Source: Candidatus Fermentibacteraceae bacterium (GTDB lineage: Bacteria > Fermentibacterota > Fermentibacteria > Fermentibacterales > JCC-6). From it: a DNA stretch of 64,000 bases. Location: the NCBI GenBank assembly GCA_041750285.1, contig JBGSZS010000002.1, positions 76,910-140,909 of the forward strand. The letters are read 5' to 3'. The stretch's first letter is position 1. The number at the start of each line of letters is the position of its first letter. Shown here piece by piece: positions 26,969-36,169 of this stretch. A model generated the notes under the pieces. That model did not search any database and had not been told where the DNA came from. It saw only the letters and a list, made by a program, of their open reading frames with translations. The translations under genes and the position numbers were made by a program.

Positions 26969-28113
26969 AGACGCTCCTGGTTCAATCATGGCTGGGGCGG
27001 GCACAGCATCCTGTTGTGCCTCTGGGATTGCTTTCCGTGGCATCTTCAATGGGGTCGGGCAACGTCGAGGTCCTTGACCTCAACGTCGTGGATGGTCCCC
27101 TGAGATTCCTCGCAGAAAGGCTTGATTCCCTGAAGCCCGACATGGTGGGCATTTCCCTTCGGAATGCCGACACCACGAACTTTTTTGATCCTTTCAGCTA
27201 TCTGCCCGCTTTTCTGGAACAGGTTCGCATCGTCGCTGAAAGGGCTCCACGGGCTCAAATCCTGGCCGGGGGGGCGGGTTACAGCCTCTTCCGCAGCGAG
27301 CTTGACGCTGAAGCACGCGTGATCAGCGCCGGGACGGTCGGCCATTACGAACGAAGCATTCCACAGCCCTGCTGGGACCTGATCGATCTTGAGCCCTACC
27401 TTCCGTTCCAGAAAAACCTGTCGATTGGTGTTGAAGTCAGCCGGGGCTGTGACCTCAAGTGCTCATACTGTGTTTACCCATCATTGTCCGGGGCGCACAA
27501 GCAGGACAAACCCCCTGAATCCATCCGTTCCGAAGTGCTTATGTTGAAAGCCAGGGGAGCAGGGCACCTGTTCCTGTCCGCCCCGGTTCTAAACCACAGG
27601 CCGGGCAGGGGCATGGAAGTGGCACAGGCTATGGCCGTAACGGGAGTGACCTGGGAGGCCTACCACTCTCCGCTGGGTTTTTCGGAAGAATACGCCATCA
27701 TGGCCCGGGAATCGGGATGTACATCGGTCAGTTTCAGTCCCGACGGCGGAAGCGATTTCGACATGAAAGCCATCGGGAAGGACTTCACAACCCGCGATAT
27801 GGAGACCGCGATCGGAAACGCCGCCCGGGCCGGCCTCAAAGTGTGCATTGGCCTGTTTCCCTACCTGCCCTGGTCATCTCCAGTGTCAATGATCCGGGCG
27901 TTCATCACGGGACGGAAGTGGGGAGAACTGGCCGGAACCCGTCTTGCACGATTGCGCTTCAGCGCTGTGAGAAGGCTTCCGGGAAGCATGTTCGGTCCGG
28001 GCAGACCCGCGCTTCATGGAGCAGTTCCCCCTTGCGAGTTCGTTTTGCCCCGAAAGCCATGGACTGCCGTATTCAGGCTCTTCAGGGCGGCATTTGAAAA
28101 GAGGCTGGGTTGA
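26965..28113 (+). CDS. Cobalamin-binding radical SAM protein
   Basis: B12-domain PLGL..DLN..PDMVGISLRN..GGAGYS, then SRGCDLKCSYCVYP; probable CTG start overlapping the upstream TGA. Confidence 0.85.
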   Translation: MKTLLVQSWLGRAQHPVVPLGLLSVASSMGSGNVEVLDLNVVDGPLRFLAERLDSLKPDMVGISLRNADTTNFFDPFSYLPAFLEQVRIVAERAPRAQILAGGAGYSLFRSELDAEARVISAGTVGHYERSIPQPCWDLIDLEPYLPFQKNLSIGVEVSRGCDLKCSYCVYPSLSGAHKQDKPPESIRSEVLMLKARGAGHLFLSAPVLNHRPGRGMEVAQAMAVTGVTWEAYHSPLGFSEEYAIMARESGCTSVSFSPDGGSDFDMKAIGKDFTTRDMETAIGNAARAGLKVCIGLFPYLPWSSPVSMIRAFITGRKWGELAGTRLARLRFSAVRRLPGSMFGPGRPALHGAVPPCEFVLPRKPWTAVFRLFRAAFEKRLG

Positions 28114-28585
28114 TCTCCGTGTCGGTCTCTTCCAATCTGGATACCAGTATTCCGGAGAACTCCGAGTCCCTTCGCAGGACCTGTCCGACTCCCGCCTTTC
28201 CCGACCAGGCAAGCCGCAGGGTCGCAACGACCGTTCCGGTGGAGAGGACCGTGAGCTCCCCGGGTGGGCCGTATTTCGGAAGAAGATCCAATGGAAATGC
28301 GAACGGAGCGCAGGAACTGAAGAGGTGGCCGCCGCGAAGGGTGTAAAGGAAGTAGGGAAGCCTTGCTTCGACGATCGTTTCGAACCTTATCGTGTGGAAG
28401 CCGCTTCCGCCGTCCCTGAAAGCCCCGGCCCAAAGCTTTTTTCCGGACACGACCTTGAAGAAGCTTTCGATTGGCCTTTCCCTGCGAATGGAAAGCGGGG
28501 AAACTGGAAACTGCGTCTCCAAGTCATTTGATCCTTCGGGAGTCCGTATTTCGGTTGCGTACCCTTTTTCCTTTACTCCCAGCAT
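28082..28585 (-). CDS. Hypothetical protein
   Basis: ATG preceded by GGGAGG; protein-like composition, no recognised motif. Confidence 0.5.
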   Translation of the reverse strand: MLGVKEKGYATEIRTPEGSNDLETQFPVSPLSIRRERPIESFFKVVSGKKLWAGAFRDGGSGFHTIRFETIVEARLPYFLYTLRGGHLFSSCAPFAFPLDLLPKYGPPGELTVLSTGTVVATLRLAWSGKAGVGQVLRRDSEFSGILVSRLEETDTEINPASFQMPP

Positions 28586-28650
28586 GCGCCCCTCCCTTGA
28601 TTGCGCCATAATGGAGGGGTTCTGTTAAGGATGTGTTTCCCGTATGTGAA

Positions 28651-28680
28651 TTGACTTTCACGCACGCTGTTCCTTATTGT
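28651..28680 (+). promoter_or_regulatory. Putative sigma70 promoter for the NTP-transferase operon
   Basis: TTGACT (28651-28656), 18 nt, TATTGT (28675-28680). Confidence 0.45.
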
Positions 28681-28744
28681 CATTCTTGACAGGGTCTGCC
28701 CGAGATCACCCGAACCTTTCTACTTACCAAGTACTTATGAGAAA

Positions 28745-29458
28745 ATGACTTACTTCAATAATCTCCAATACCTTGGTCCGTCCCCGATCATTCTCGCGGC
28801 TGGTGCGGGCAGGCGGATGGGCGGGGTGGAGAAGGCATGCCTGAAGGTCGGTGGGAGAACCCTTCTGGAGAGGCACTTCGGAAACTTCGCAGAACTGGGT
28901 CTCAATGCGGAAAGGGTTTCGGTCGTCTACGGCACCGAAGGGGTGCTGCGGGAGACGGAAAGACTTGGCGGCAGGCCGGTTAAGTCGGGTTCGGCCGGCG
29001 CTGAGGGAACACTGGGTTCCTTCATGGCGTGTTTTCCGCCGGGTGACTGCCTCGTGGTCCACGGCGACCTGCTCTGGGAAGCTGACATGGCCCGGGCAGC
29101 GATGATGTGTACCGCCGACGCCGTGATACCCGTCGATCCCCGTTCGGCTGACCGCGAGGCCATGAAGGCCGAGGTCCGCGACGGACTTCTTGTCGGGCTG
29201 TCCAAGGAAATGAGGCCCGAGGTGTGCTCGGGTGAATCGATGGGCATTTTCCTTTTCCGAAAAGCTGCTCTGCCCGACCTGCTGACCTGTTGTGCAGAGG
29301 CGAGGGAACGGTTCGGCAGCCGGGCTGCGCTCGATGACGCGGTGACCCTTCTCGCGAGGATCAGGAAGGTTGCAGTGGTCTTCATCTCGGGAAGCAGGTG
29401 GGACGAGGTCGATACCCCGGACGACCTCGCAAGGGCTGAGAGAGTCTTCCATGGATGA
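28745..29458 (+). CDS. Nucleotidyltransferase (LicC/IPCT-like cytidylyltransferase)
   Basis: IILAAGAGRRMG..K, VHGDLL, EAMK, GESMGI, WDEVDTPDDL. Confidence 0.85.
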   Translation: MTYFNNLQYLGPSPIILAAGAGRRMGGVEKACLKVGGRTLLERHFGNFAELGLNAERVSVVYGTEGVLRETERLGGRPVKSGSAGAEGTLGSFMACFPPGDCLVVHGDLLWEADMARAAMMCTADAVIPVDPRSADREAMKAEVRDGLLVGLSKEMRPEVCSGESMGIFLFRKAALPDLLTCCAEARERFGSRAALDDAVTLLARIRKVAVVFISGSRWDEVDTPDDLARAERVFHG

Positions 29459-30206
29459 GATCAATGCGTGGGACCAGGTCTGGAGGGATTTCCCAACCCG
29501 GAGCCCGTTGCACGGGCTGGGAGAGTTCCTCTCCCGCCGGGCCGAACTGAAGAGGCTCGTTCTGGCAGAGCTGTTTCGGGGGGGACGGGTGCCCCGGGAT
29601 GGTGCTGTTCTTGAGGCCGGATGCGGGACGGGCAGTGTGATGGGCCTTCTTGCCGAGAGGGGTTTTCGCGTTGCAGGTGTCGATCTTTCCCCCGAAGCGC
29701 TGGTGCATGCCTCGTCTCATTCCAGCGAGCTCTCGGTCGCCACGGTCACCAGCCTGCCCTTCGCGGATGGAACCTTCGACCTGGTGTACAGCACCGGAGT
29801 ATTCGATCTTCTTGACGATTCCGACCTTTCCGCTGCGTTGGGGGAGGCGCTTCGGGTGACTGTCCCGGGTGGGCGCATCGTTCTGATCAATGCAGCACCC
29901 TGCCCGCTTCACCGCAGGGTCATGCGCCGGCTCGAGAGCAGGAACAGGTGGAGGTACGGTCCCAAGAGGGAGATCGAATCGCTTTCCGGGATCGTGCTGG
30001 GCCACCGCCCCGACGCCCTGGTGACAGAGAAGGGAAGGGGCTTCGCCCTTCAGCTGAGATTCCTTGTATACCTTGTGGAGCACCGGCCGCTTCTCCGCAG
30101 GCTGGCCCACGGTCTGTTCATGCTCGTCTCGATGCTTCTTTGGCCACTGAACGCGTTGCCGGGGATGGTGCTGGTCACAACGGTGCGGCTGCCGGAGGAG
30201 GCCTGA
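29451..30206 (+). CDS. Class I SAM-dependent methyltransferase
   Basis: VLEAGCGTG, GVDLS, LPFADGTFDLVYS, RVTVPGG. Confidence 0.88.
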   Translation: MDEINAWDQVWRDFPTRSPLHGLGEFLSRRAELKRLVLAELFRGGRVPRDGAVLEAGCGTGSVMGLLAERGFRVAGVDLSPEALVHASSHSSELSVATVTSLPFADGTFDLVYSTGVFDLLDDSDLSAALGEALRVTVPGGRIVLINAAPCPLHRRVMRRLESRNRWRYGPKREIESLSGIVLGHRPDALVTEKGRGFALQLRFLVYLVEHRPLLRRLAHGLFMLVSMLLWPLNALPGMVLVTTVRLPEEA

Positions 30207-30958
30207 TGAAGTCCATACGGGAATTGAGAAGCATCTGCCAGCCTCCCGGTCTGGACATGTGCCTCTACAGAAGGTTCGTGATCAGACCCGTGAGCATCCA
30301 TCTCTCGAGGTTGTTCATCGCTGCGGGAATAGGGGCTGACACGGTTTCGATCCTCAAGGGGATCATCGCCATGGCCGGGGCGGTGCTCTTCGGTCTGCGG
30401 CCCATTCCCGCCGCCCTTCTCCTCCAGTTTTCCTATCTCCTCGACGCCTGCGACGGCGAAGTGGCACGCTTCACCGGAAGCTGCTCACGAGCCAGGGGCG
30501 AGTACATCGACAAGCTGGGAGATGCTGGTTCCCGCAGTCTTTTCCATCTCTCCTGGGGGATCGGCGCCTTCCTTGCCGGGGGAGGTTGGCCCGCCCTTGC
30601 AGCCGGGGCGGTCGTGGGATGCCTTTGGCTCACCGTGAGGTTCTGCTCTGTAGAAACGCTTCTGGAAAGTTATTCGAACCATTCGGGCTCCGAGGGAACG
30701 GCAGGAGAGAAATCAGCGCTGGAAAGGCTTTTTGTCAGGAAACCCGGGTCGGGAAGGATCGAACACTTCTTCTCGCTCCTCATCCACCCTTGGGTGAACC
30801 TTGCTCTGCTGGCTGCAGCCGCTTCCCTCATCACGTACCGGGGAGTCTCCGGCCTGACGGCCCTTCTGTGGGCATACACCGCGCTCTGGGTGGCAAACAC
30901 CGTTCGCAAGGTCATCACCTGCGCCGAAGTGATGAACTTTCCCCGACACGGCCAGTGA
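30206..30958 (+). CDS. CDP-alcohol phosphatidyltransferase family
   Basis: Signature LDACDGEVARF..GEYIDKLGD plus multiple TM helices. Confidence 0.88.
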   Translation: MKSIRELRSICQPPGLDMCLYRRFVIRPVSIHLSRLFIAAGIGADTVSILKGIIAMAGAVLFGLRPIPAALLLQFSYLLDACDGEVARFTGSCSRARGEYIDKLGDAGSRSLFHLSWGIGAFLAGGGWPALAAGAVVGCLWLTVRFCSVETLLESYSNHSGSEGTAGEKSALERLFVRKPGSGRIEHFFSLLIHPWVNLALLAAAASLITYRGVSGLTALLWAYTALWVANTVRKVITCAEVMNFPRHGQ

Positions 30959-31938
30959 ACGGGCTTCTTGCCTTACTGGGCGCGGTTCTGGCCGTTATCG
31001 GCTCGGGTGCTGACAGGGCTTTGCTCCTCTCCGGCACACCGGTGGGCATCACAGCCCTCGGAGGGGAGTACTGGCTGGTTTCATGCGTGGCACCGGCAGG
31101 TGTATTCCTCGTTGACAGAAGTGCCTGGACAGTTCTGGAGTACCCCGGCTCTTTCAGTGAGCCACAGGGGACAGGGCTGCTCGAAGGGGAACCTCTGGTA
31201 TGCGACCGGGGAGCGAACCGGCTTCATCTTGGATTGCCAGGTGCCTCCAGGGCGCTGCTGATTCCGGGGGGCCCTTTTTCCGTGACTGCGGCGGACTTGA
31301 CCGGGAAGGGGGAATTGTTTTCAGTGGTTACGCTGAGGGATTCGGGTCGGGTTGTCCTTCTTACGGATACAGGTACGGTTGAGCTGGCTGCGCTGCCGGG
31401 AGCCCGGATGGCTGCGGCGGCCGACACCGACTGCAACGGCGACGATGAGCTGTTTGTGGCATGCTGCGGTACGGGGCTCCATCTCGTTGCAGTCATTGAA
31501 GAAGATGGCGGTCCCGTTGAGCGTCGAATCGGTGTTCTTGGGGACGGTGTGAAGGGAGTTGCTTCCGCGGACATTGACGATGACGGAGACCCCGATGCAG
31601 TAGGGATAGCATGCGCGGAGGGTGGCGTGTGCTGGTGGGAGAATCCCGGACCGACAGGGTCGGAATGGTTCAGGCACGACCTTGATCCCGGGGTCTCGGG
31701 CCCCAAATCCATCGCGGTTTTCGGCGGGAATATCCTTGTCGCGGCGCTTTTCAGCCCTTCAATGCTCTACTGCCCGGGCGGGACCCGTTCCCTTCCGACA
31801 GGTTGCACGGCATGTGCATTCGACGATGACGGAGCATTCGTCCTGGGGCATCGTGCGGGTTTCATCATGGAGTTCCAGGCTCCCACCGGGCTTACAATGA
31901 CTGATCGGCACTATTCTGAAGTTATTGTATGTCAATGA
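30955..31938 (+). CDS. Exported FG-GAP repeat protein
   Basis: Hydrophobic N-terminus; DLTGKG, DTDCNGDDEL, DIDDDGDPD, WWENPG motifs; Cys-rich. Confidence 0.65.
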   Translation: MNGLLALLGAVLAVIGSGADRALLLSGTPVGITALGGEYWLVSCVAPAGVFLVDRSAWTVLEYPGSFSEPQGTGLLEGEPLVCDRGANRLHLGLPGASRALLIPGGPFSVTAADLTGKGELFSVVTLRDSGRVVLLTDTGTVELAALPGARMAAAADTDCNGDDELFVACCGTGLHLVAVIEEDGGPVERRIGVLGDGVKGVASADIDDDGDPDAVGIACAEGGVCWWENPGPTGSEWFRHDLDPGVSGPKSIAVFGGNILVAALFSPSMLYCPGGTRSLPTGCTACAFDDDGAFVLGHRAGFIMEFQAPTGLTMTDRHYSEVIVCQ

Positions 31939-31961
31939 TATGCCTTATCAATCTAAGTTAT

Positions 31962-32636
31962 CTAAGTCCGTCCCCCATCCATCAGCCCGCGTTCCCTGAG
32001 GCTGATCACTCCGGAGTCGGTCACGATGAAATGGTCGAGCACGCGGAAGCCAAGCTCGTCACCGAGCTTCGTGAGGGCCCTGGTGAGGGATAGGTCCTGC
32101 GGGCTCGCCTCGAGCCGGCCGCCGGGGTGGTTGTGTACCAGGATGACCCCCGTGGCGTTGTGGGCGATCACCTTTTCAACGAGGTTCCTGGGGTGCACCG
32201 TTGCCCTGTCGACGGTTCCGAACTCAAGTTCGGCCTCGGACAGCAGCCTGTTGTCCTGGTCGAGGAGGAAGGCGCAGAACAGCTCCTTCCTGCGGGTTCC
32301 CAGGCGTGTCTTCAGGTAGTCCCTCACGACTTCCGGGCCAGTGATCTGCAGTCTGCCCCTTTCGGGGGTCAGGGCCATCGAGTTCATGGAATGTACCAGC
32401 GTTATGAGCGCGGCCGCCGAAGGCCCCACGCCCTCAACCGTCTGAAGGTTGTCCGGTGACTGCCTCAGAGTGTTCCCGAGGGTTCCGAACCTTTCCAGAA
32501 GGGCTGAGGAAAGCTGCCTGGTGTCACGGCGGGGTGCGGCGTAGGTCAGGAGCAGTTCAAGGGCCTCCCGCTGGGTGAAACCCCCTATGCCGACGCGCAG
32601 GAGCCTGTTCCTGAGCCTCTCCCTGTGGCCCTCCAC
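31962..32636 (-). CDS. radC: RadC/UPF0758 JAB-domain protein
   Basis: GHRERLR, ELLL, VEGVGP HhH, GTVDRATVHPR, HNHPGG..SPQD, LDHFIV; GTG start at 32636. Confidence 0.92.
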   Translation of the reverse strand: MEGHRERLRNRLLRVGIGGFTQREALELLLTYAAPRRDTRQLSSALLERFGTLGNTLRQSPDNLQTVEGVGPSAAALITLVHSMNSMALTPERGRLQITGPEVVRDYLKTRLGTRRKELFCAFLLDQDNRLLSEAELEFGTVDRATVHPRNLVEKVIAHNATGVILVHNHPGGRLEASPQDLSLTRALTKLGDELGFRVLDHFIVTDSGVISLRERGLMDGGRT

Positions 32637-32638
32637 CC

Positions 32639-33691
32639 TCAGCCCCCCATGTGGATGGTCCGGGTGGGGAAGGCGAACTCCATGCCGGCACCGCTCACGG
32701 CGTTCATCACCGAAAGGTTTATCTCCTCGCGCATCCGCAGCCATTCCACATAGTCGGTGGTCTTCACGAAGAACCTCATCTCGATGTTCAGCGATGAACT
32801 CCCGAACTCGGTGAAGAACACGAGGATCGTTTCGTCGTCCACATCGGGGTTGTCCACCAGAAGCTTTCTCAGACTGGCCAGCAGTGACTCCAGCATGGCG
32901 GGGGTGGACCCGTACGTGACACCCACCGTGATCTCCGTGCGCCGCATTGGTCTTTGCGAGAGGTTGTCGATGATCGAGTCGACAACCTCCTTGTTCGGAA
33001 TGGACACAAGGGTCTTGCCTATGGTCCGTATCCTGGTGGACCTGAGGCCTATCTCTTCCACGGTGCCCGTGGTGCTTCCGATCTGCACGAAGTCACCCAC
33101 CATGAAGGGCTTGTCCATGAAGAGGATGATCGAGCTGAAGAAACCGCTCAGGCTGTCCTGGGCGGCCAGGGCGACAGCAAGGCCGCCGATCCCGAGGCCG
33201 GCGATGATGCCGCTGAGGGGGTATCCAAGCATTTGAAGGAAGAATCCGGCGCCGAGGGCTCCCGCGAGGATCTTCGCCAGTTTCCTGAGCACCGGGACCA
33301 TCTGGTTGTCCAGCCGTGACCCCCCGGCATCGCCGGTCGAACATCTCCGGGACGCGACCGAATCGATGAGTATCCACACCGTCCAGACCACGCCGGCCAG
33401 GACCAGGAACAGAAACAGCTTCAGGGCGACCGCCGAAAGCCCCGGCGAGATTCCCAGAAGCCTGAGCGATGCGTAGAGACCGCCCCAGAATACTATCATC
33501 CCGACTGGTCTTGCCGCGTCCCGCAGAAAGCATGCCAGAACGCCGTCTCCCCTGCCGGCGCTCCTGCGCATGACAAAGGCCGCAAGCTTCCGGGCAAGGA
33601 AGGATGCCGCAGCCAGAACCACGAAGGCAGCCAGCCTGCCCAGGGGGATCCCGGCCACCCCGTAACCTGTGTAATCGTCAAGAAAGCCCAC
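32639..33691 (-). CDS. mscS: Small-conductance mechanosensitive channel (MscS family)
   Basis: GLGIGGLAVALAAQDSL, DKPFMVGD, GTVEEIGLRSTRIRT, FAFPTRT. Confidence 0.92.
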   Translation of the reverse strand: MGFLDDYTGYGVAGIPLGRLAAFVVLAAASFLARKLAAFVMRRSAGRGDGVLACFLRDAARPVGMIVFWGGLYASLRLLGISPGLSAVALKLFLFLVLAGVVWTVWILIDSVASRRCSTGDAGGSRLDNQMVPVLRKLAKILAGALGAGFFLQMLGYPLSGIIAGLGIGGLAVALAAQDSLSGFFSSIILFMDKPFMVGDFVQIGSTTGTVEEIGLRSTRIRTIGKTLVSIPNKEVVDSIIDNLSQRPMRRTEITVGVTYGSTPAMLESLLASLRKLLVDNPDVDDETILVFFTEFGSSSLNIEMRFFVKTTDYVEWLRMREEINLSVMNAVSGAGMEFAFPTRTIHMGG

Positions 33692-33742
33692 TGAGCCGCC
33701 TCCCCAAGATGATGACCAAAGTCCGCATACCTGTGCGATTCA

Positions 33743-33802
33743 ACATTACAGCAGTCCCGCGGGGTGTCAACCGTTGACGAAAGGGGATTCTCTGCCCATT
33801 AT
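33743..33802. promoter_or_regulatory. Back-to-back divergent promoters for mscS and lepB
   Basis: Plus strand TTGACG (33774-33779), 17 nt, CATTAT; minus strand TTGACA (33770-33765), 16 nt, TAATGT. The two -35 boxes form the palindrome GTCAAC-C-GTTGAC. Confidence 0.55.
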
Positions 33803-33823
33803 GGGCGTTCGGAAAGGGGAATC

Positions 33824-34561
33824 ATGACGGACAAATCCCTGAAGACCTACAACTGGTTTCTGCAGGTGGCCCTTGCGCTCCTTATCTTCTTCGGCTGCCT
33901 CAGACCCTACATCATCGAGGCATTTAGAATACCGACACCGAGCATGGAGCGCACCCTTCTCGTGGGGGATCACCTTCTGGTCCTGAAGGTCGCAAAAGGT
34001 CAGTACATCCCCTGGACGGACAGGGCAAGACCTCTTCTGCACGGCTTCAGGGGAGGCCCGCACGGTCTTCTCATGCCCGGCACGGGCACGGTCAGGCTTG
34101 GCGAGGTGATCGTTTTCAGATACCCTGCCCAGCCCGACACCGACTTCGTCAAGAGGGTGGTTGCCCTTTCCGGCGACACCGTGAAGGTAATGGGCGATAC
34201 CCTGTTCGTGAACGGCTCACCTTCCCCCTGGCACGGCATGTTCCAGGATGCCCTTAGCGCAAGCATCATCGACGACGACTGGCCTGCATGCCTTCCCATG
34301 CTCAGGGGAAGGGTTCCAGACCTCGCCTTCGAGGTCCTCGCACGCACCGTCGTTCTCGACAGCCGGGGCGATCCGGCATACGTCGTACCCGAGGGTCACA
34401 TCTTCATGATGGGTGATAACCGGGATCATTCCAGCGACAGCAGGATATGGGGTCCCCTCGACGAGAACCTCATCAAGGGCAAAGCCCTTGTCATTTACTG
34501 GTCCTGGCTCCCGGGAAGGGGTTTTCCCGACCTGTCCAGGGTGACCATGCTTGTGAGGTGA
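33824..34561 (+). CDS. lepB: Signal peptidase I
   Basis: IPTPSMERTLLVGD (catalytic Ser), FVKRVVALSGD (Lys), MGDNRDHSSDSRIWG. Confidence 0.93.
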   Translation: MTDKSLKTYNWFLQVALALLIFFGCLRPYIIEAFRIPTPSMERTLLVGDHLLVLKVAKGQYIPWTDRARPLLHGFRGGPHGLLMPGTGTVRLGEVIVFRYPAQPDTDFVKRVVALSGDTVKVMGDTLFVNGSPSPWHGMFQDALSASIIDDDWPACLPMLRGRVPDLAFEVLARTVVLDSRGDPAYVVPEGHIFMMGDNRDHSSDSRIWGPLDENLIKGKALVIYWSWLPGRGFPDLSRVTMLVR

Positions 34562-34568
34562 GGTTCAA

Positions 34569-35495
34569 ATGACGATTCTGCCCTATTCCGAGGTTCTTTT
34601 CGGGCGGATCCCCGTCGAATTCCTCAAGCTGAAGAAGGTCCTGGACAGCGCCATGGACAACCGTGATTACCGGCGGGACGGCTACTGGGAGGTGTCCTCC
34701 GACGACGAGGTCCTGGCAAGGCTCATCCTGAAGGGCGGGCGTCCCTACTACATCCACGGAAACCCCAGCCTCGATTCGGCGGCCTTCATCAACTGGATGG
34801 AACACGAGACCCGTGAGATCAGCCTAACGGTCCGCTTTCTGGCGGAAGGCTGCCTTCCCTCCCTGATGAAATACCTCAGGGACGACCCCGTCCTGACCGA
34901 CCTCGAGAACGGACAGGGCGAGGTCCTTCAGCTCCTTCACTCACTTCGGACTTCGGGCGAGAGCGGTCTTGTCAGCCTTCGTTACCCTCAGGGCACGCTC
35001 CTCATTCCGGTAAGGGAGGGGAAGGTGTCTCGGGGGTGGGGCTCGGGTTGCACCTTCATGGGAAGGAAACTCGTCGATTTCCTGAAGGACGGCGAAACCA
35101 TCGATGGTGTCGCCGAGTTCAGGGAGGGCGATGTGAAGGATCTTTCTCCACTCGGCATTGCCGAGGTTTCCGTGATCCTCGGATCCGTGAACTCGTGGCT
35201 CGATTCACTCAGACCGGTCTGGCCCCAGTGCGAGGGCGCCATCCCCGAGCTTCTGGCAAAGCTCAAGAAACGCGATGAATGGATGAGTCCTCTCGATTAC
35301 GAGAGCGGCGACAACCTGTTCCTTCGGGAACAGCTGTCGGACACCAGCCTCTTCCCCGACGCAATGGCAACGTTCGTGAGCAACCTGTGCAAGAAACACC
35401 CTTCCCCGACCACAGCGATGAAGCTCTTCACCAGCATCAACCGCGGCAGGGAGGCCGTCCTCTCCTCGGTGGGCATGCTGGAGAAACTGGTTTGA
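34569..35495 (+). CDS. Hypothetical cytoplasmic protein
   Basis: 308-aa ORF with GAGG RBS and host-like codon use; no recognised motif. Confidence 0.7.
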   Translation: MTILPYSEVLFGRIPVEFLKLKKVLDSAMDNRDYRRDGYWEVSSDDEVLARLILKGGRPYYIHGNPSLDSAAFINWMEHETREISLTVRFLAEGCLPSLMKYLRDDPVLTDLENGQGEVLQLLHSLRTSGESGLVSLRYPQGTLLIPVREGKVSRGWGSGCTFMGRKLVDFLKDGETIDGVAEFREGDVKDLSPLGIAEVSVILGSVNSWLDSLRPVWPQCEGAIPELLAKLKKRDEWMSPLDYESGDNLFLREQLSDTSLFPDAMATFVSNLCKKHPSPTTAMKLFTSINRGREAVLSSVGMLEKLV

Positions 35496-35502
35496 TGCGG
35501 GG

Positions 35503-36159
35503 CTACGAAAGCCTGTCGAAATCCTCGCGGCTGCCGATCAGCCAGAGAAGGTCACCCTCTTCAAGGAGATCGTCGGGAAGAGGCACGCGGTAGTCGTACC
35601 CGTCCTCTATCTTCTTTCCGAAGAAAGCAATGTTGACCCCGTAGATCCTTCTGATGTCAAGGTCTTTGATGCGCTTGTTGAGCATCTCGCGGGCGGGTTC
35701 GGTGATCCTGAGCTCGATGCCCGACCTGAGGGGCACGTACTCCTTCACGCCGGTGTAGGTGATCGCCCTGGCCTTGTTGATCCCCTGTTCGTGTTCGGGT
35801 CTGTAAACCTCGTCGGCTCCGACTGCAACGAGTATGCGCTGTTCCCTGTCCGACCCGGCGCGGCTGATGACCCTGAGCCCCATGTCCTTCAGGATACGGG
35901 TGACAAGTACGTTCGTGCCGAAATCCTCACCGATCGCCACGACGGCCAGGTCAACCGAAGCCAGACCGTGCCCCCTCAGCAGGCTTTCATCGGCGCAGTC
36001 GAAACAGACCGCATTGTAGACCCTGTTGCTTATCTCCTGGATCTTCTTCTCGTTCCTGTCGATGGCGATGACCTCGACGCCCTGCCGTTCCAGTTCCATC
36101 GCAAGGCTGCTGCCAAAGGCACCAAGGCCTATCACAGCTATCTTGGCGGGTTTGTCCAT
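35503..36159 (-). CDS. ktrA: Potassium uptake NAD-binding subunit KtrA/TrkA
   Basis: IAVIGLGAFGSSLA Rossmann motif, VVAIGED, RCK-C tail. Confidence 0.9.
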   Translation of the reverse strand: MDKPAKIAVIGLGAFGSSLAMELERQGVEVIAIDRNEKKIQEISNRVYNAVCFDCADESLLRGHGLASVDLAVVAIGEDFGTNVLVTRILKDMGLRVISRAGSDREQRILVAVGADEVYRPEHEQGINKARAITYTGVKEYVPLRSGIELRITEPAREMLNKRIKDLDIRRIYGVNIAFFGKKIEDGYDYRVPLPDDLLEEGDLLWLIGSREDFDRLS

Positions 36160-36169
36160 TCTTTCCTGC

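Noticed and set aside
28110..28346. 78-aa plus-strand ORF with TTGA overlap after the B12-rSAM, as a possible precursor for the rSAM cluster
   Set aside because: Lies antisense to a longer ORF with a better RBS and shows no leader motif or repetitive core; not fully excluded
31962..32636. radC as a marker of a mobile element bounding the rSAM cluster
   Set aside because: It is the full-length chromosomal form coupled to mscS; no integrase, att repeat or tRNA seen nearby
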